A stretch of DNA of 64,000 nucleotides from Eledone cirrhosa (Eukaryota): assembly GCA_964016885.1 (NCBI GenBank), contig OZ024742.1, positions 330,894,001 to 330,958,000 on the forward strand, written 5' to 3'. Shown here piece by piece: positions 51,801-64,000 of this stretch; the first letter of the stretch is position 1, and each line of letters starts with the position of its first letter. The notes below the pieces were generated by a model that was given only the letters and a program-made list of their open reading frames with translations, ran no database searches and had not been told where the DNA came from. The translations under genes were made by a program, and so were the position numbers.

Positions 51801-53596
51801 ATCACGAATTTGTGGTCCGTGTAGCTGACTATCTTGAATTGTGGAGAGCCTATGCTAGACCTATCTATTTCCCCACAAAATACTCTATCTAGATATGATC
51901 TGGATGACCCTATGCGATTTGTCCAAGTCCACATTGGTACATACGGGAAATCCATTCGGTACCTGTCAGACAGTTCAAAACGTCTGAGTAGGTTGGTGAG
52001 ACTCTTGCACCCTCCTTCCCTATCCACTAATCCCACACAATCCCAGCGTGCATCTAAAATCCCGTTCCAGTCGCCCACTAACACTAAAGAGCGGGACGTT
52101 CCAAGAAAGGTCTCCAGACGCCGGAAGAAATCAGGCCGCCCTGCTCCTGTCGGGGCATAGACGGCCACTAACCTGAAAGCTTGCCCGTCTCCGCTGGTCA
52201 CGTCCAGCACCACCAACTTACCTTCTGGGTCCAGGAAGATGGCCCGTATGGCAAGATCCGAAGCACTCCGAAAAAGCACAGCAACTCCTCCCCCCCCGAT
52301 CCCGGACGGCTGGGAGATGCGTAAACATCGTAGCCGCCGAAGATCGGTGCGAAAGCCTGTGCTTCGGAGATTCTGGTCTCGCTGATGGCCACTACATCTA
52401 TGTTTAGTGACCTGATGTCGTTGAGCAGGTGGCCCTGCTTCCATGACGACCCCAAGCCACGCGCATTTATGCTGCCTATTCTGAGTGAGGTCATGTTGAA
52501 AAGGAGTGGAAAAGATGGGAAAGACCACTTACCTTACTTCTCGTAGGGGAAGGACGGCTTTTCCATCCTTTTCACTGCTTGTGGCCTCCTCAGGAAGGAT
52601 GTCCTTATAAATCCTCCTGGAGAGTGCTTGTCGGATGTCTCCGATGTCTTTGGGGAATTTTTGTTTTAGTGTCATGTACGTTTTCTGTGTGATGCGAGTG
52701 ATTTGTATGTGTGGAGGTGGTGTGAATTTTGGGGTTGTTGTGTAGTCTTTTTCTGTGATGCTGGTGTTGTGTTGGATGTAGTGTAATAATTGCTTGTTGT
52801 TCAAATTTAATGCTGTGTAGTGTGTATCGTTTTGGTTGTTTTGTTTTGTTTGCGTTTGTTGTAGGTTTGTTTCTGTTTCGCATTTTGGTGACTTTTGTGG
52901 TGTAGGTGATGGTGGTGTTGGAGTTAATGATGGTGATGGTGTTGGTGTTTGGGTTGATGGGGTTGGTGATGCTGGTGTGGATGGTGGCATATCTGTCCTA
53001 ACTTTTTTGTTTCTTAGTTTATTTGTTTCCCTCTGCATTTTGTTTTTGGAGGGGGAAGGAAGAGAATTTTTTTCTTTTTTGGTTTCTTTTTTTTTTCCGG
53101 ATATCGTTTCCCACTCCTCGTCGTCGCAATCTGTCTCCAGTTGTGATAGGCCGGGGAGTGGAAAATCCTCCACAGCCGTTAGTTTTGGTTGTGGTGTGGT
53201 GGATGGTGTAGGCGCTGGTGCTAGTTCTGAAGCGTTGGGTGGTGGTGGTGTTGGTTTTGCTGGTGGTGGTAGTGGTGTTGGTTTTGCTACTGTTGCTGTG
53301 GTTGTTGCTGTTATAGTTGCTTCTGTTGTTGCTGCTACAGTTGTTGCTGCCATCTCTGCTACTGGTGGTGTTGATGGTTGTGTCACTGGGGTGGGTAGGA
53401 GAGGTGGCCTCAACCTTTTAGCCTGAGGGCAGAAAGCCCTTAGGTGGGTTCCTTCACCACAAACGACACACCTAGGTCTTCTGCCCTCGACAATTACCGT
53501 GAGGTGGCTGCCGTCAGTGAGGTCTATTACCTCTGGGACTCCTCAATGCTTATTTGGTCCGCTTGGATCAGGAGGTCCATCCCAGATCCGGACCAG
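48838..53596 (-). mobile_element. Tx1 family A copy, 5'-truncated within ORF1; ORF2 about 52494-49073 with a few frameshifts
   Basis: APE, RT and C-terminal CPRC..HALVQC motifs; ORF1 tail and 3' UTR match 16312-22018. Confidence 0.94.
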
Positions 53597-53704
53597 GTAA
53601 GTGCTCGTTTTTATCTGCAGTTTTTATCTGTCTGGTGGCCATGGCGAAAGAGATAGTATGGTGGACACGTTTGAAAGGGCTGAAGACGAGCACTTACCTC
53701 TTCG

Positions 53705-56700
53705 GGACCCCCCTCAACGTCTCCAGTTTGTGCAGTAATGGCTCGAGAGTCAATACGTACAATAGGGACGAGAGGGGACATCCTTGGCGGACCGAGCGCA
53801 TGATGTTGAACGGTCCCGACAGGTGAACGTTCCCTCTCACCACAGAGCAGATGTCACTGTGCATGGCAGCGATCCAGCCTCTGAAGACGGGCCCAAAGAC
53901 TGCCGCCCTCAGGACTGCCGATAGGTAACGATGGTCGACCCTATCGAAAGCTTTCGACTGATCTAAATTGATCAAGGACCCACCCGTGCCAGGTTCCCTA
54001 GCTACCCTCTCTACGATGTATCGCATGAGGTGGAGGTTGTCGTGGATGGATCTGTCGAGAATGGCGCATGTCTGCGCCTCTCCCACCAGACCACCAACGA
54101 CAAGCGCCACCTTCTTTGCTAGCACCTTGGCCAAAATCTTGAACTCTGTGTTTATTAGAGTTATGGGCCGGAAATTATCTATGTTATCCCCCTTGTTCGG
54201 ATCCTTTCTCAGCAGTGCCACCGCTCCTCGGCTCACAGAACTGGGAATTCTCCCGTTCTGTTGCCAGTTGCAGTAGACGTCCGCCAAGAGGCCTCCGAAC
54301 AAGTCTGGCATCTGTACGTAAAGTTCATAGGGCAGACCATCCAAACCAGGCGATTTACCCCTTGTGCAGCCAGTCATTGCCTCCCTTACTTCAGCGGCTG
54401 TTATCGGCTTTTCGCAACACTCCGCCTCAGTGGCCGAGAGCCGCGGCAGTCCGTCGAGGTAGACACTAAAGTCCATCCCTCGACCCGGCCCGCCGCTGCT
54501 CCCGAACAGCTGAGCGAAGTGTCGCTGAAAAGCTTCACACATTTGCCCGGGATCGAGTAGCATGCGCGCGTCGTGGTCCACCAAAGACCGGATCGTGGCT
54601 TTGTTGCCACGACGCGCCTCCGCCACTCGGGCCCATTGAACGGCTTCCGTCCCCTCGTGTCTGAGAGCACGCACCCTTGCTCTGACAACGCAGCCTTCGT
54701 GCATTGCATTGAAGAATTGGTCAAAGGCCAATTTCGCCGCAAGCACGTCGGTCGCAATGCCTTTGCTAAGCGCCTCGTCTAATTTTCTAACTAGTTCTCC
54801 CTCTGCTCTATTTGTCTCTATTGCTAAAGCCTTACTAAACCTAATGGATTCTATTCTAATCGCTCTTTTCAGAGCAAACCACCACTTGTTGTTGACGATG
54901 GCCTCCGTCAAAGCCCGCTTAACTAGTTCGCTAATCGGGTCTCTGTAGGCCTTGCGCGCTGGTAAGGAGGCGTTTAGCTTCCAGTAGCCGGGTCCTCGTT
55001 TATGAAGCCTATCTAAGTCAAGCACACAGATCACGAATTTGTGGTCCGTGTAGCTGACTATCTTGAATTGTGGACAGCCTATGCTAGACCTATCTATTTC
55101 CCTACAAAATACTCTATCTAGATATGATCTGGATGACCCTATGCGATTTGTCCAAGTCCACATTGGCACATACGGGAAATCCAATCGGTACCTGTCAGAC
55201 AGTTCAAAACGCCTGAGAAGGTTGGTGAGGCTCTTGCACCAGCCACCCCTATCCGCTAATTCCACACAGTCCCAGCGTGCATCTAAGATCCCGTTCGAGT
55301 CGCCCACTAACACTAAAGAGCGGGACATTCCAAGAAACGTCTCCAGACGCCGGAAGAAATAATGCCGCCCTGCTCCTGTCGGGGCATAGACGGCCACTAG
55401 CCTGAAAGCTTGCCCGTCTCCGCTGGTCACGTCCAGCACCACCAGCTTACCCTCTGGGTCCAGGAAGATGGCCCGTATGGCGAGATCCAAACCTCTCCGA
55501 AAAAGCACAGCCGGACGGCTGGGAGATGCGTACACATCGTAGCCGCCAAAGATCGGTGCGAAGGCCCGTGCTTCGGAGATTCTGGTCTCGCTGATGGCCA
55601 CTACATCTATGTTTAGTGACCCGAGGTCGTTGAGCAGGTTACCCTGCTTCCATGACGACCCCAAGCCACGCGCATTTATGCTGCCTATTCTGAGTGAGGT
55701 CATGTTTAAAATAGAGTGGAAAAGATGGGAAAGACCACTTACCGTACTTTTGGTAGAGGAGGGATGATTTTTACATCCCTTTTCACTTGATCGTCTGGTG
55801 AAGGGATCGTTGAATCGTCCCTTCGGCTGGTCGTCGGCTCTTCTAAGAGAATGTCTGAATATACTCTTCGATTGATAGTTCCTCCTAGGTCCCTGAAATC
55901 ACCAACTGCGTTGGGGAATTTCGTTTTAATGTTTGTGTATTGTTTCTGTGCTATTTTTAGCAGTCTTATGTTAGTTGGCGTTTTGATTGGTGCTGGTATT
56001 ATGTAGTCGTGTTGTGAAATGTCTGTGTGTTCAATTATGTAAGTCATTAGTTTCTTGTTGTGTGTATTTATTGCCGTGCATTTGTTTTTCTGGGGGTGGG
56101 GGGTGGTTCTGCTATTTTCTTGTCGTTGTTGCTGCGTGTGTGTGTTTTGTTGTTGTGTTTGCGATGTTTGTGCTTGTGATGGTGGTGTTGAAGGTGTTGT
56201 TGGCGGTGGGGTTGTCGCCGGTGGTGATGGTGGTGCTAGTGTGGGTGGTGATGGTGTTGGTGGTGTTGCTGCTGTGGGTCTCTTTGGAGTAGACTTTACT
56301 CTTTTCTCATTTCTTTCCTCCCGTTTCAAAGGCGACGATGCGCTGCTTCTGCGTTTGTGACTTCTTACGACCTTTTGCCATCCCTCTCCCACCTCACACT
56401 CCATGTCTGATTCTGTGAGGTCGGGGAGGGGTACCAGCTCCACTCTTCACTTGTTGTTGTTGGTGATGTTTGCACTGGAGTCTCTGTTGCAGCTGGATTT
56501 GGTATTGCTGTTGTTGTTGTTAATATCTCCACTGCTGCTGCTGTTTTTGATTTCCGTGGCATGGGTATGGGTGCCACGGACCTATCGTTCCTGGTTGCCA
56601 CTTGTCCTGTTGCTGGTAGCCGTGGAGCCGGTTCCGGAAGGAGGGGGGTTTTCTCCTTTCTCAGGGTCTTCTCGTTGCAGAAGGCCCTGGGGTGAGTCTT

Positions 56701-58058
56701 CGATCCACAGCGAAAGCATTTCGGGCGTTTGCCCTCAACACTTATGGGCAGTTGAGTGCCGTTATCGAAGTCTATCACATCCGGGATAGCTTCGATGCAC
56801 TCCTGGTTGGTTTGGATTAGCATCTCACTGGAGGTGCCAACCCAATCTTCTCTTACTTTTTTCTGTACTTGCAGTACAGTTGTTTTATCCTCGATTCCGA
56901 CGTTGACAGACGCGGCCAGCCAAGAAGGGGCCATTCCGGGGGAGAGGTGGGTCAGTTTGACCCTCACAATTTTTTGCCCGCAGTAGGAGGGCACCAACAC
57001 CATTTCCTCGCTCCTTAGGGTCACTACGGATTGGGCCTTTGCCTCCTGGGGTGTGGCAAAAAGTACGTCTACGGTGGCATATTTTTTGCCTCGGGTGATG
57101 TGCGTTTTCCGCTGCCACACAGACTCCAAGGCTTTTTGTATTTGGGCCTCTGTGGCTCTTTCCACCCTACGGGATTTTGTACTTACTGTACGGTACGTGA
57201 CGGTACAGTGCTGTTGGGTTTCGAAACATTTTTCCGCTGCCTTGCAGATTGCTCGGTGTCCATTCTTTGTCACCATCTTCTTCGCTTCCTCTAATTCCTC
57301 ATTTGTTATGAGGATTGTTTCCAAGTTTTTCGCAATACCTGCAAATGAGATTGGTTTTTCTTTGCTGCTGTTGTTGTTGTTGTCGTCAGAGCTGCTGTTA
57401 CTTTTGTTGTTGCTGCAGGTACTACGACTACTGCCTTCGCCGCTGTTGCTGTGGTTGTTGTTGGTGTTGCTGCTGCTAATGCTGTTGTTGTTTATGCTGC
57501 TGGTGATGCTGTTGCGGCTGCTACTGTTGTTTTCATTGTCACTGTTGCTGTTGTTATTACGGCTGCTACTGCTATTATTCCTGACGTCAGACGAATGAAC
57601 TGGGTTTTCGTATTTCCCGCACACCTGTTTCGTCGCTGTCGTCGTCGTCGTGGAGAAACCTTGCACGCTTTGCACGAGACTTTTCTTTTCTTTCGTCGCT
57701 TGAGAAAGAGAAGGGAGGGAGAGAGACACATTTAAAGAAGGGAGGGAGAGAGACAATCTTCTCTCTGCTGTAGTGATGATTGAGGAAGAAGAAGACGGAA
57801 TGAGTGGGAGTGACCTATGCAAATTCTTTTTCGTAGCCATGTTGTTTTTTTTTTGTTTAAAATAAATATTGGGTACAAAACCCCAATAAGCATTTATTTA
57901 ACCCCGAAGGGCCAAATAACGGGCAGAAAGACCGCTCTCACCAGGAGGAGGGTGTTTTTGTCTACAAGTTGGTCTAAGTTTTAAACAATTTACAATTGTT
58001 ATAGCGTTCAAAATTTACAGTACCTTACAGAGCCGAGCCTCCGTCAACCATAGCATTC
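53705..58058 (-). mobile_element. Tx1 variant C with intact 5' end, ORF1 57840-55739 (one frameshift) and ORF2 55703-53705 lacking its 3' part
   Basis: ORF1 has CFRCGSKTHPRAFC knuckle; 669-aa APE-RT frame ends just before YADD. Confidence 0.93.
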
Positions 58059-58084
58059 AATAATAATAATAATAATAATAATAA

Positions 58085-58764
58085 CCATATAATTTCAATG
58101 TTCAGTCCTATAGCTCCAACCGAATACCTAAACAGGCATGGCAGAGCTGCACAATACAAACATTGGATAATGGGTAAGCATTTTGACCTGCCCCATCAAA
58201 AGAATTGGTGGGAGCATCAACCACTTCCCATACTTGAAAAATATCACATGGAAATCTTGTGGAATTTTAGCATCCAAACAGACCGAAAAATAGATGCAAA
58301 TAGACCTGAGATAATATTGAAGGACTTTAACAAGAGGGTATGCCTGCTAATTGATATGTCCGTTCCAATAGACAAGAATGTATCTACAAAAACATTTGAA
58401 AAATTGAGCAAGTATAAGGACCTTGAGATAGAAATTGGAAAAATGTGGAAATTGAGAACTAAAACAATACCAGTGGTTGTAGGCGCTCTAGGAATGATAC
58501 CTAAGGGGTCTAATGATTACTTATCGCAAATACCAGGAAACCCGCGTATAGGAGAAATACAAAAGATAGTACTAATGTGAACTAACTGCCCATATAGTAA
58601 GGAAGATTCTGTCAATATAAGTACATCACAAGTCTAAACACCTAAAGATGCATGTGTGAGTATGTATGTTCTTTCTTGAACATGGCGGACCTTGTTGTCT
58701 CTTGAGGTCACTGGTTGTGACTTGGTGATAACTCGTATGAACATAAAGCAAGATAAATGCAATT

Positions 58765-58766
<2 letters not shown>
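58085..58766 (+). mobile_element. 3' fragment of a second, divergent R4/Dong family
   Basis: YLNRH..WWEHQP..ILWNFSIQTDRKIDANRPEII..LIDMSVP..KLSKYKDL..IPVVVGALG; distinct 3' UTR; (AAT)n flanks. Confidence 0.88.
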
Positions 58767-58806
<40 letters not shown>

Positions 58807-58809
58807 GAC

Positions 58810-61800
58810 AGTAGATCTTCAAGGTGGCAGATAACATCAGACAGTGGTTGGGCAAAAGTATGAGGTCCTGGGAAACAGAGAGTTGACATCAACTGGAGAA
58901 TCCTTGGGAAGCGTGAAGATCAAGAGAGGTATCTTCCAGGGAGATAGCCTGTCCCCTCTGTTGTTTGTCCTTGCCCTGATGCCCCTGACCAGTGTACTGC
59001 GAAACGTGAGAGCAGGATACGGGTTGGGAAAGGGAGGGCTTACCATCAATCACCTCCTCTTCATGGACGATCTTAAGCTCTTCGGGAAGAGTGAGAAGGA
59101 GTTGGATGTGCTTGTTGACACTGTCCGTATTTTCAGCAGTGATATATGTATGCAGTTTCGTATTAGTAAGTGTGCAGTCATTGTGATGAGGAGGGGTAGG
59201 TTGAGCAGAAGTAACGGAATCCAGATACCAACAGGTGAGATGATAAAGGACAATGACTCTGAGGAAGGATACAAGTATTTGGGCGTTCTGGAGGCTGATG
59301 GCATAAAGAACAAAACAATGAAGGAATTTTTAAGAACTGAATACATTCGGAGAGTAAGGAGCGTATTGAAGTCACATCTGAACAGCAGAAATGCCATAAG
59401 CGCAGTAAATTCCCGAGCTGTGTCTATTATTAGGTCCAGTGCGGGAATTCTGATGGGATGGAATGTTGCTGAACAAAAAGAAATGGATAGGAAGACTAGG
59501 AAGCTATTGACTATCTACAACATGTTCCACAAGAGGAGTTATGTCGATAGACTCTACCTAGAGAGATCTGAGGGTGGAAGAGGTCTTAGCAGCATAGAGG
59601 ACTGTGTTCAGAATGAGAAATGACATTGGAAAGCTTAGGTCCCTTCTGAATGGGACACTAAAAAACAAAAAAAAACATAGACACTAAAAATAGACTCGAA
59701 ATAGTGTACACAACTAGAAGGAAAAGGCTAAATATTATCATAGACGAACTGAAGCAACGCATTGTAGCAAAGAATACAAATATTAGGCGATAAGAGAGCA
59801 GAGTCAGTCAGTACAGACAGAACCGAATGTTTGACAACAACCAGAAGATGTTGTTTGGACAGCTTTAAGGGAAAGAAAGAGGCAACGAATTGATCCCTGA
59901 GGCGGAACAGACTAAGACATTCTGGAGAGGAATATGGGAGCAGGATGTGAAACATAATGACCAGGCAGTGTGGATTGAGAGAGTACAAAAGGAGATTAGT
60001 GAACAGGCACATCAACAAAATTGATTTGAGTATCACAGTTGAAACTCTCAAGGGGCAGGCCAAAAAACTAACCAAAAGGAAATCACCAAGCCCAGATGGT
60101 GTGCAGGGGTATTGCATTAAAAATGTAACATCCCTCTACCCGAAACTGACAACCATGTTCAATGACTGCTTGATGTCAGGTGAGGTACCAGAGTCGTTGA
60201 CAAAAGGTACCACAGTTCTGGTAATGAAAGACCGAATCAATGGTAATGATGTTACCAACTATAGACCTATCACATGTCTGCCCGTAATGTGGAAACTGTT
60301 GACAAGCATTGTGTCTGAGGAAATCTACCATCACCTCCACACAAACAACTTGGTACCGGACGAACAGAAAGGATGCCGAAAGTAATCCAGTTACTTATTG
60401 ATAAGATGGTAATGAGGAATTACAAGTGGAGACACACTGGTCTTGCCATGGGATGGATAGACTACAAACGGGCATTTGACATGGTGAGTCATTCTTGGAT
60501 CACCAAAAGCCTGTAGATCTTCAAGGTGGCAGATAACATCAGACAGTTGTTGAGCAAAAGTATGAAGTCCTGGAAAACAGAGTTAACATCAGCTGGAGAA
60601 TACTTGGAAGGCGTGAAGATCAAGAGAGGTATCTTCCAGGGAGATAGTCTGTCCCCTCTGTTGTTTGTCCTTGCCTTTCAGCAATGATATATGTATGCAA
60701 ATTGGTATTAGTAAGTGTGGTGTCCTTGTGATGAAGAGGGGTAAATTGAGCAGAAGCAACGGAATCCAGGTACCAACAGGTGAGATGATAAAGGAAATTG
60801 ACACTGAAGAAGGATACAAGTATTTGGGTGTTCTGGAGGCTGATGACATCAAGAACAAAAAAAGGAAGGAATTGATAAGATCTGAATACGTTCGGAGAGT
60901 AAGGAGCGTATTAAAGTCACATCTGAACAGTAGGAATGCAATAAGTGCAGTAAATTCCCGAGCTGTGTCTATTATTAGTTACAGTGCGGGAATTCTGAGA
61001 TGGAATGTTGCTGAACAAAAAGAAATGTATAGAAAGACTAGGAAGCTATTGACTATCTACAACATGTTCCACAAGAGGAGTGATGTTGATAGACTCTACT
61101 TAAGGAGATCTGAAGGTGGAAGAAGTCTTATCAGCATAGAGACTGTGTTCAGATGGAGAAAAACAACCTACACAAATACGTGACCGATAGTAAGGAGCCT
61201 TTGGTCAGAATTGTACTGAAGGAGAGCACAATAGACCAGGGGATGTCCAAGGAGGAAATAACAACGAAGAGAAAGAGCAACCTTCATGACAAATCCCTTT
61301 ATAGTACCTTCTTTAAGAAAACGGAATTCAGAGATCCTCAGACATGGAATTGGTTGAGAAGAGGAGACCTTAAAAAGGCTACAGAAGGAATGCTAATCGG
61401 TGAGCAACAGCAGGCCCTCAAAACGAAGTGGCTGAAACACCATATTTACAAGGAGGAGGATAGCCCACTGTGCAGGATCTGTAGAGAGAGAAAGGAGACT
61501 GTGGCTCACATTGTATCCGAGTGTAAACACCTAGCCCAGACTCACTAAAAAGCTGGAAACATGATGTGATGGGCAGGGTGATCCACTGGCACCTATGCAA
61601 AGTAAACAATTTACCACATTCTGAGAAGTGGTATGAGCATAAGCCAGAGTCGGTGATAGAAAACGATCAGGTGAAGGTGCTGTGGGATTTTAGGATACAG
61701 ACGGACAATAAACTGGAACACAATAGACCTGACCTGGTGGTTGTGGACAAGGAAAAAAGATCGTGCATGATTGTGGATGTGGCCTGCACATTCGACACGA

Positions 61801-62118
61801 GAGTGCAAGAGAAGGAGAGGGAGAAAATTAACCTATACCAGGACATACAGTGGGAGGTAAAAAGGATTTGGAACTGCAATGAAGTAAAAGTGGTCCCGAT
61901 TGTCATAGGCGCACTAGGTACTATCTCAAAAGGTTTCCAGAGATGGGTAAAGAAAATTGGCCCCGACCCGCTTTTTGGAACACTTCAAAAGGCATGCTTG
62001 TTGGGAACAGCAAGAACTCTCTGATACGTCCTGAATATCTGAGGCTGCTGGTAGTGGCTTGATATTCATTTCAACAAACTTTCCAGTTAACTAACATCAA
62101 TGACTGAGACTCAAAGAG
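58810..62118 (+). mobile_element. Composite Dong insertion: RT segment 58810-59612 fused to a longer degraded copy 59613-62118
   Basis: Sequence jumps back to the MRNDIGKL region at 59613; second part has internal deletions, one removing FMDD. Confidence 0.9.
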
Positions 62119-62149
62119 TAATAATAATATTAATAATAATAATAATAAT

Positions 62150-62465
62150 GCTTTCTTTATTAACCACAAGGGTCTACATAATGTAGACATAAAGGACAGT
62201 ACAGGACATTACAGGTCGGGACAAATGGGCATTTCTGCGTGTAAAAAACAAGAAACAGAGGATGTAATAATAGAACAATGAAAGAATTCCCCAATAGGGG
62301 GGACACCTCCGGGGGACATTCGTGGAGAAAGCCCATTAAAAAGCCACAGTCATTCTGACCACCAGGGCAAGTGCCCTTTACCAGTTTTCCCCCTTTAATT
62401 TACAGACACATACTCAGAGTAGGCCTATTCACTCGGGCCATACTTGCTTCTCTCACCAATCTTTC
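62150..62465 (-). mobile_element. Tx1 family A 3'-terminal fragment
   Basis: Matches 48838-49140. Confidence 0.92.
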
Positions 62466-62487
62466 AATAATAATAATAATAATAATA

Positions 62488-63357
62488 CTGAAAGTGAAGA
62501 CAAAGACCAGGGGATGACCAAGGAGGAATTAACAACAAGGAGGAAGAGCAACCATTATGACAAATCCCTTCATAGTACCTTTTTAGGAAAACTGAATTTA
62601 GACATCCACAGACATGGAACTGCTGAAAAAGAGGTGACCTTAAAAAAAGTTACAGAAGGAATGCTAATGGCTACGCAAGAGCAAGCCATCAAAACGAAGT
62701 GGGTGAAACACCATATTTACAAGGAGGAGGCTAGCCCACTGTGGAGGATTTGTGGAGAGAGAGAGGAAACTGTGGCTCACATTGTATCCGAGTGTAAACA
62801 CCTAGCCCAGACTCACTATAAAGGCTGGAGACATGATAAGATAGGTAGGGTGATCCACTGGCATCTATGCAAAGTAAACAATTTACCACATTCTGAGAAG
62901 TGGTATGAGCATAAGCCAGAGTTGGTGATAGAAAACGAGCAGGTGAAGGTGCTATGGGATTTTAGGATACAGACGGACAAGAAATTAGAACACCATAGTC
63001 CTGACATGGTGGTTTTGGACAAGGAAAAACGATTGTGCCTGATAGTAGATGTAGCCTGCCCATTTGACAAAGAGTGTGCAAGAAAAGGAGAGTGAGAAAA
63101 TTAACTTATACCAGGACTTAAAGTGGGAGTTAAAAAGGATTTGGAACTGCCATGAAGTCAAGGTCGTCCCGATTGTCATAGGCACAAAGAGTCTCCAAGG
63201 ATGGTTAAACAAAATTAGTCCAGCCCCGCTTTTTGGAACACTTCAAAAGGCATGCTTGCTGGGAACAGCAGGAACCCTCCGATACGTCCTGAATATCTGA
63301 AGCTGCAGGTAGCGGCTTTCGAGTTAAATTACATCAATGAATGTGACTCATAGAACA
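62488..63357 (+). mobile_element. Old 5'-truncated Dong fragment
   Basis: Degraded CCHC and RLE coding region ending LRYVLNI. Confidence 0.9.
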
Positions 63358-63381
63358 ATCATAATAATAATAATAATAATG

Positions 63382-63418
<37 letters not shown>

Positions 63419-63487
63419 TAATAATAGCAACAATAATAATAACAATAATAATAACAATATTAAAATAATGTTAACTATAATAATAAT
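63358..63487 (+). repeat. Degenerate (AAT)n/(AAC) tract
   Basis: Seen directly. Confidence 0.93.
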
Positions 63488-64000
63488 CTATTTATTGGTC
63501 AAAAGGGCCAACATATACGGGACAATACAATAAATATTGACGTATGTGGGATTTACAATGAAATTGAATAAAACCAAATTAACAAAAGCCAATAAAGAAA
63601 TAATAAAAATTCCCCACGGGTGACAGAGGATTCGCAAGCCACCGATCCCGAACGGTCCGACGCTCAAAGTGCACCCGAGGAGGGTGTCCCATTCCTCTCC
63701 AAACATGCCAGCCTACTGGGCTGTAACGTTTCCATCTGGACCCTCATCTTCCTTTCCAAGTGAAACTTGAAAAAGTTGATGAGGGATTGGCCAAAGAAAG
63801 AAGAGTCTGTCTTCAGTAATTTCGCTTTGGTCCACCACACAGCCATTTACGCTACAGCCATCAAGCAGTGGGAAAATGCCTGCCCTATCCGGCCAAAAGA
63901 GGTGACAGGGGGATCCACATGATGGGACTGAGTCGATAGCAACTGTTTGACATAATTTCACAAGTCAGTAACGCAAGGACATTGGACAAGGGCGTGCAAA
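63488..64000 (-). mobile_element. 3' end of another Tx1-like family (B-related), running off the window
   Basis: VWWT..LKTD..FGQSLINFFKFHLERKMRV; AATAAA at 63491-63496 on the minus strand, next to the microsatellite. Confidence 0.85.

Overview
Eukaryotic, gene-free, almost entirely retroelement-derived DNA. The SINE, RTE and microsatellite content suggests a cephalopod such as Octopus, but that is inference. The window has three stacked arrays, each built on a microsatellite. (1) 1-28.5 kb: top-strand (TTA)n spacers separate R4/Dong-clade RLE non-LTR elements (minus strand, including one intact 1130-aa ORF at 7205-10597) and Tx1/L1-clade two-ORF elements (plus strand). (2) 30.6-41.4 kb: a (TA)n island holding Penelope-like elements (one Naiad-like with pLTR hammerhead ribozymes), a 1.08-kb spacerless palindrome, two long hairpins and a truncated RTE. 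(3) 42.1-64 kb: top-strand (AAT)n spacers with the same Dong and Tx1 families in the opposite orientations. The main candidate for a new system is two unrelated LINE clades sharing the (TAA)n target with strict opposite strand polarity. The Tx1 elements carry a conserved GTAAGT donor at the ORF1 end and a conserved polypyrimidine-CAG acceptor in the 3' UTR, so ORF2 may lie inside a retained intron. The Dong 5' UTR also holds a candidate intron. Other observations: a twin-priming inversion, one nonsense mutation shared by four Dong segments, and ORF1 replacement on a near-identical ORF2. No host protein-coding gene, tRNA, rRNA or CRISPR array is supported.
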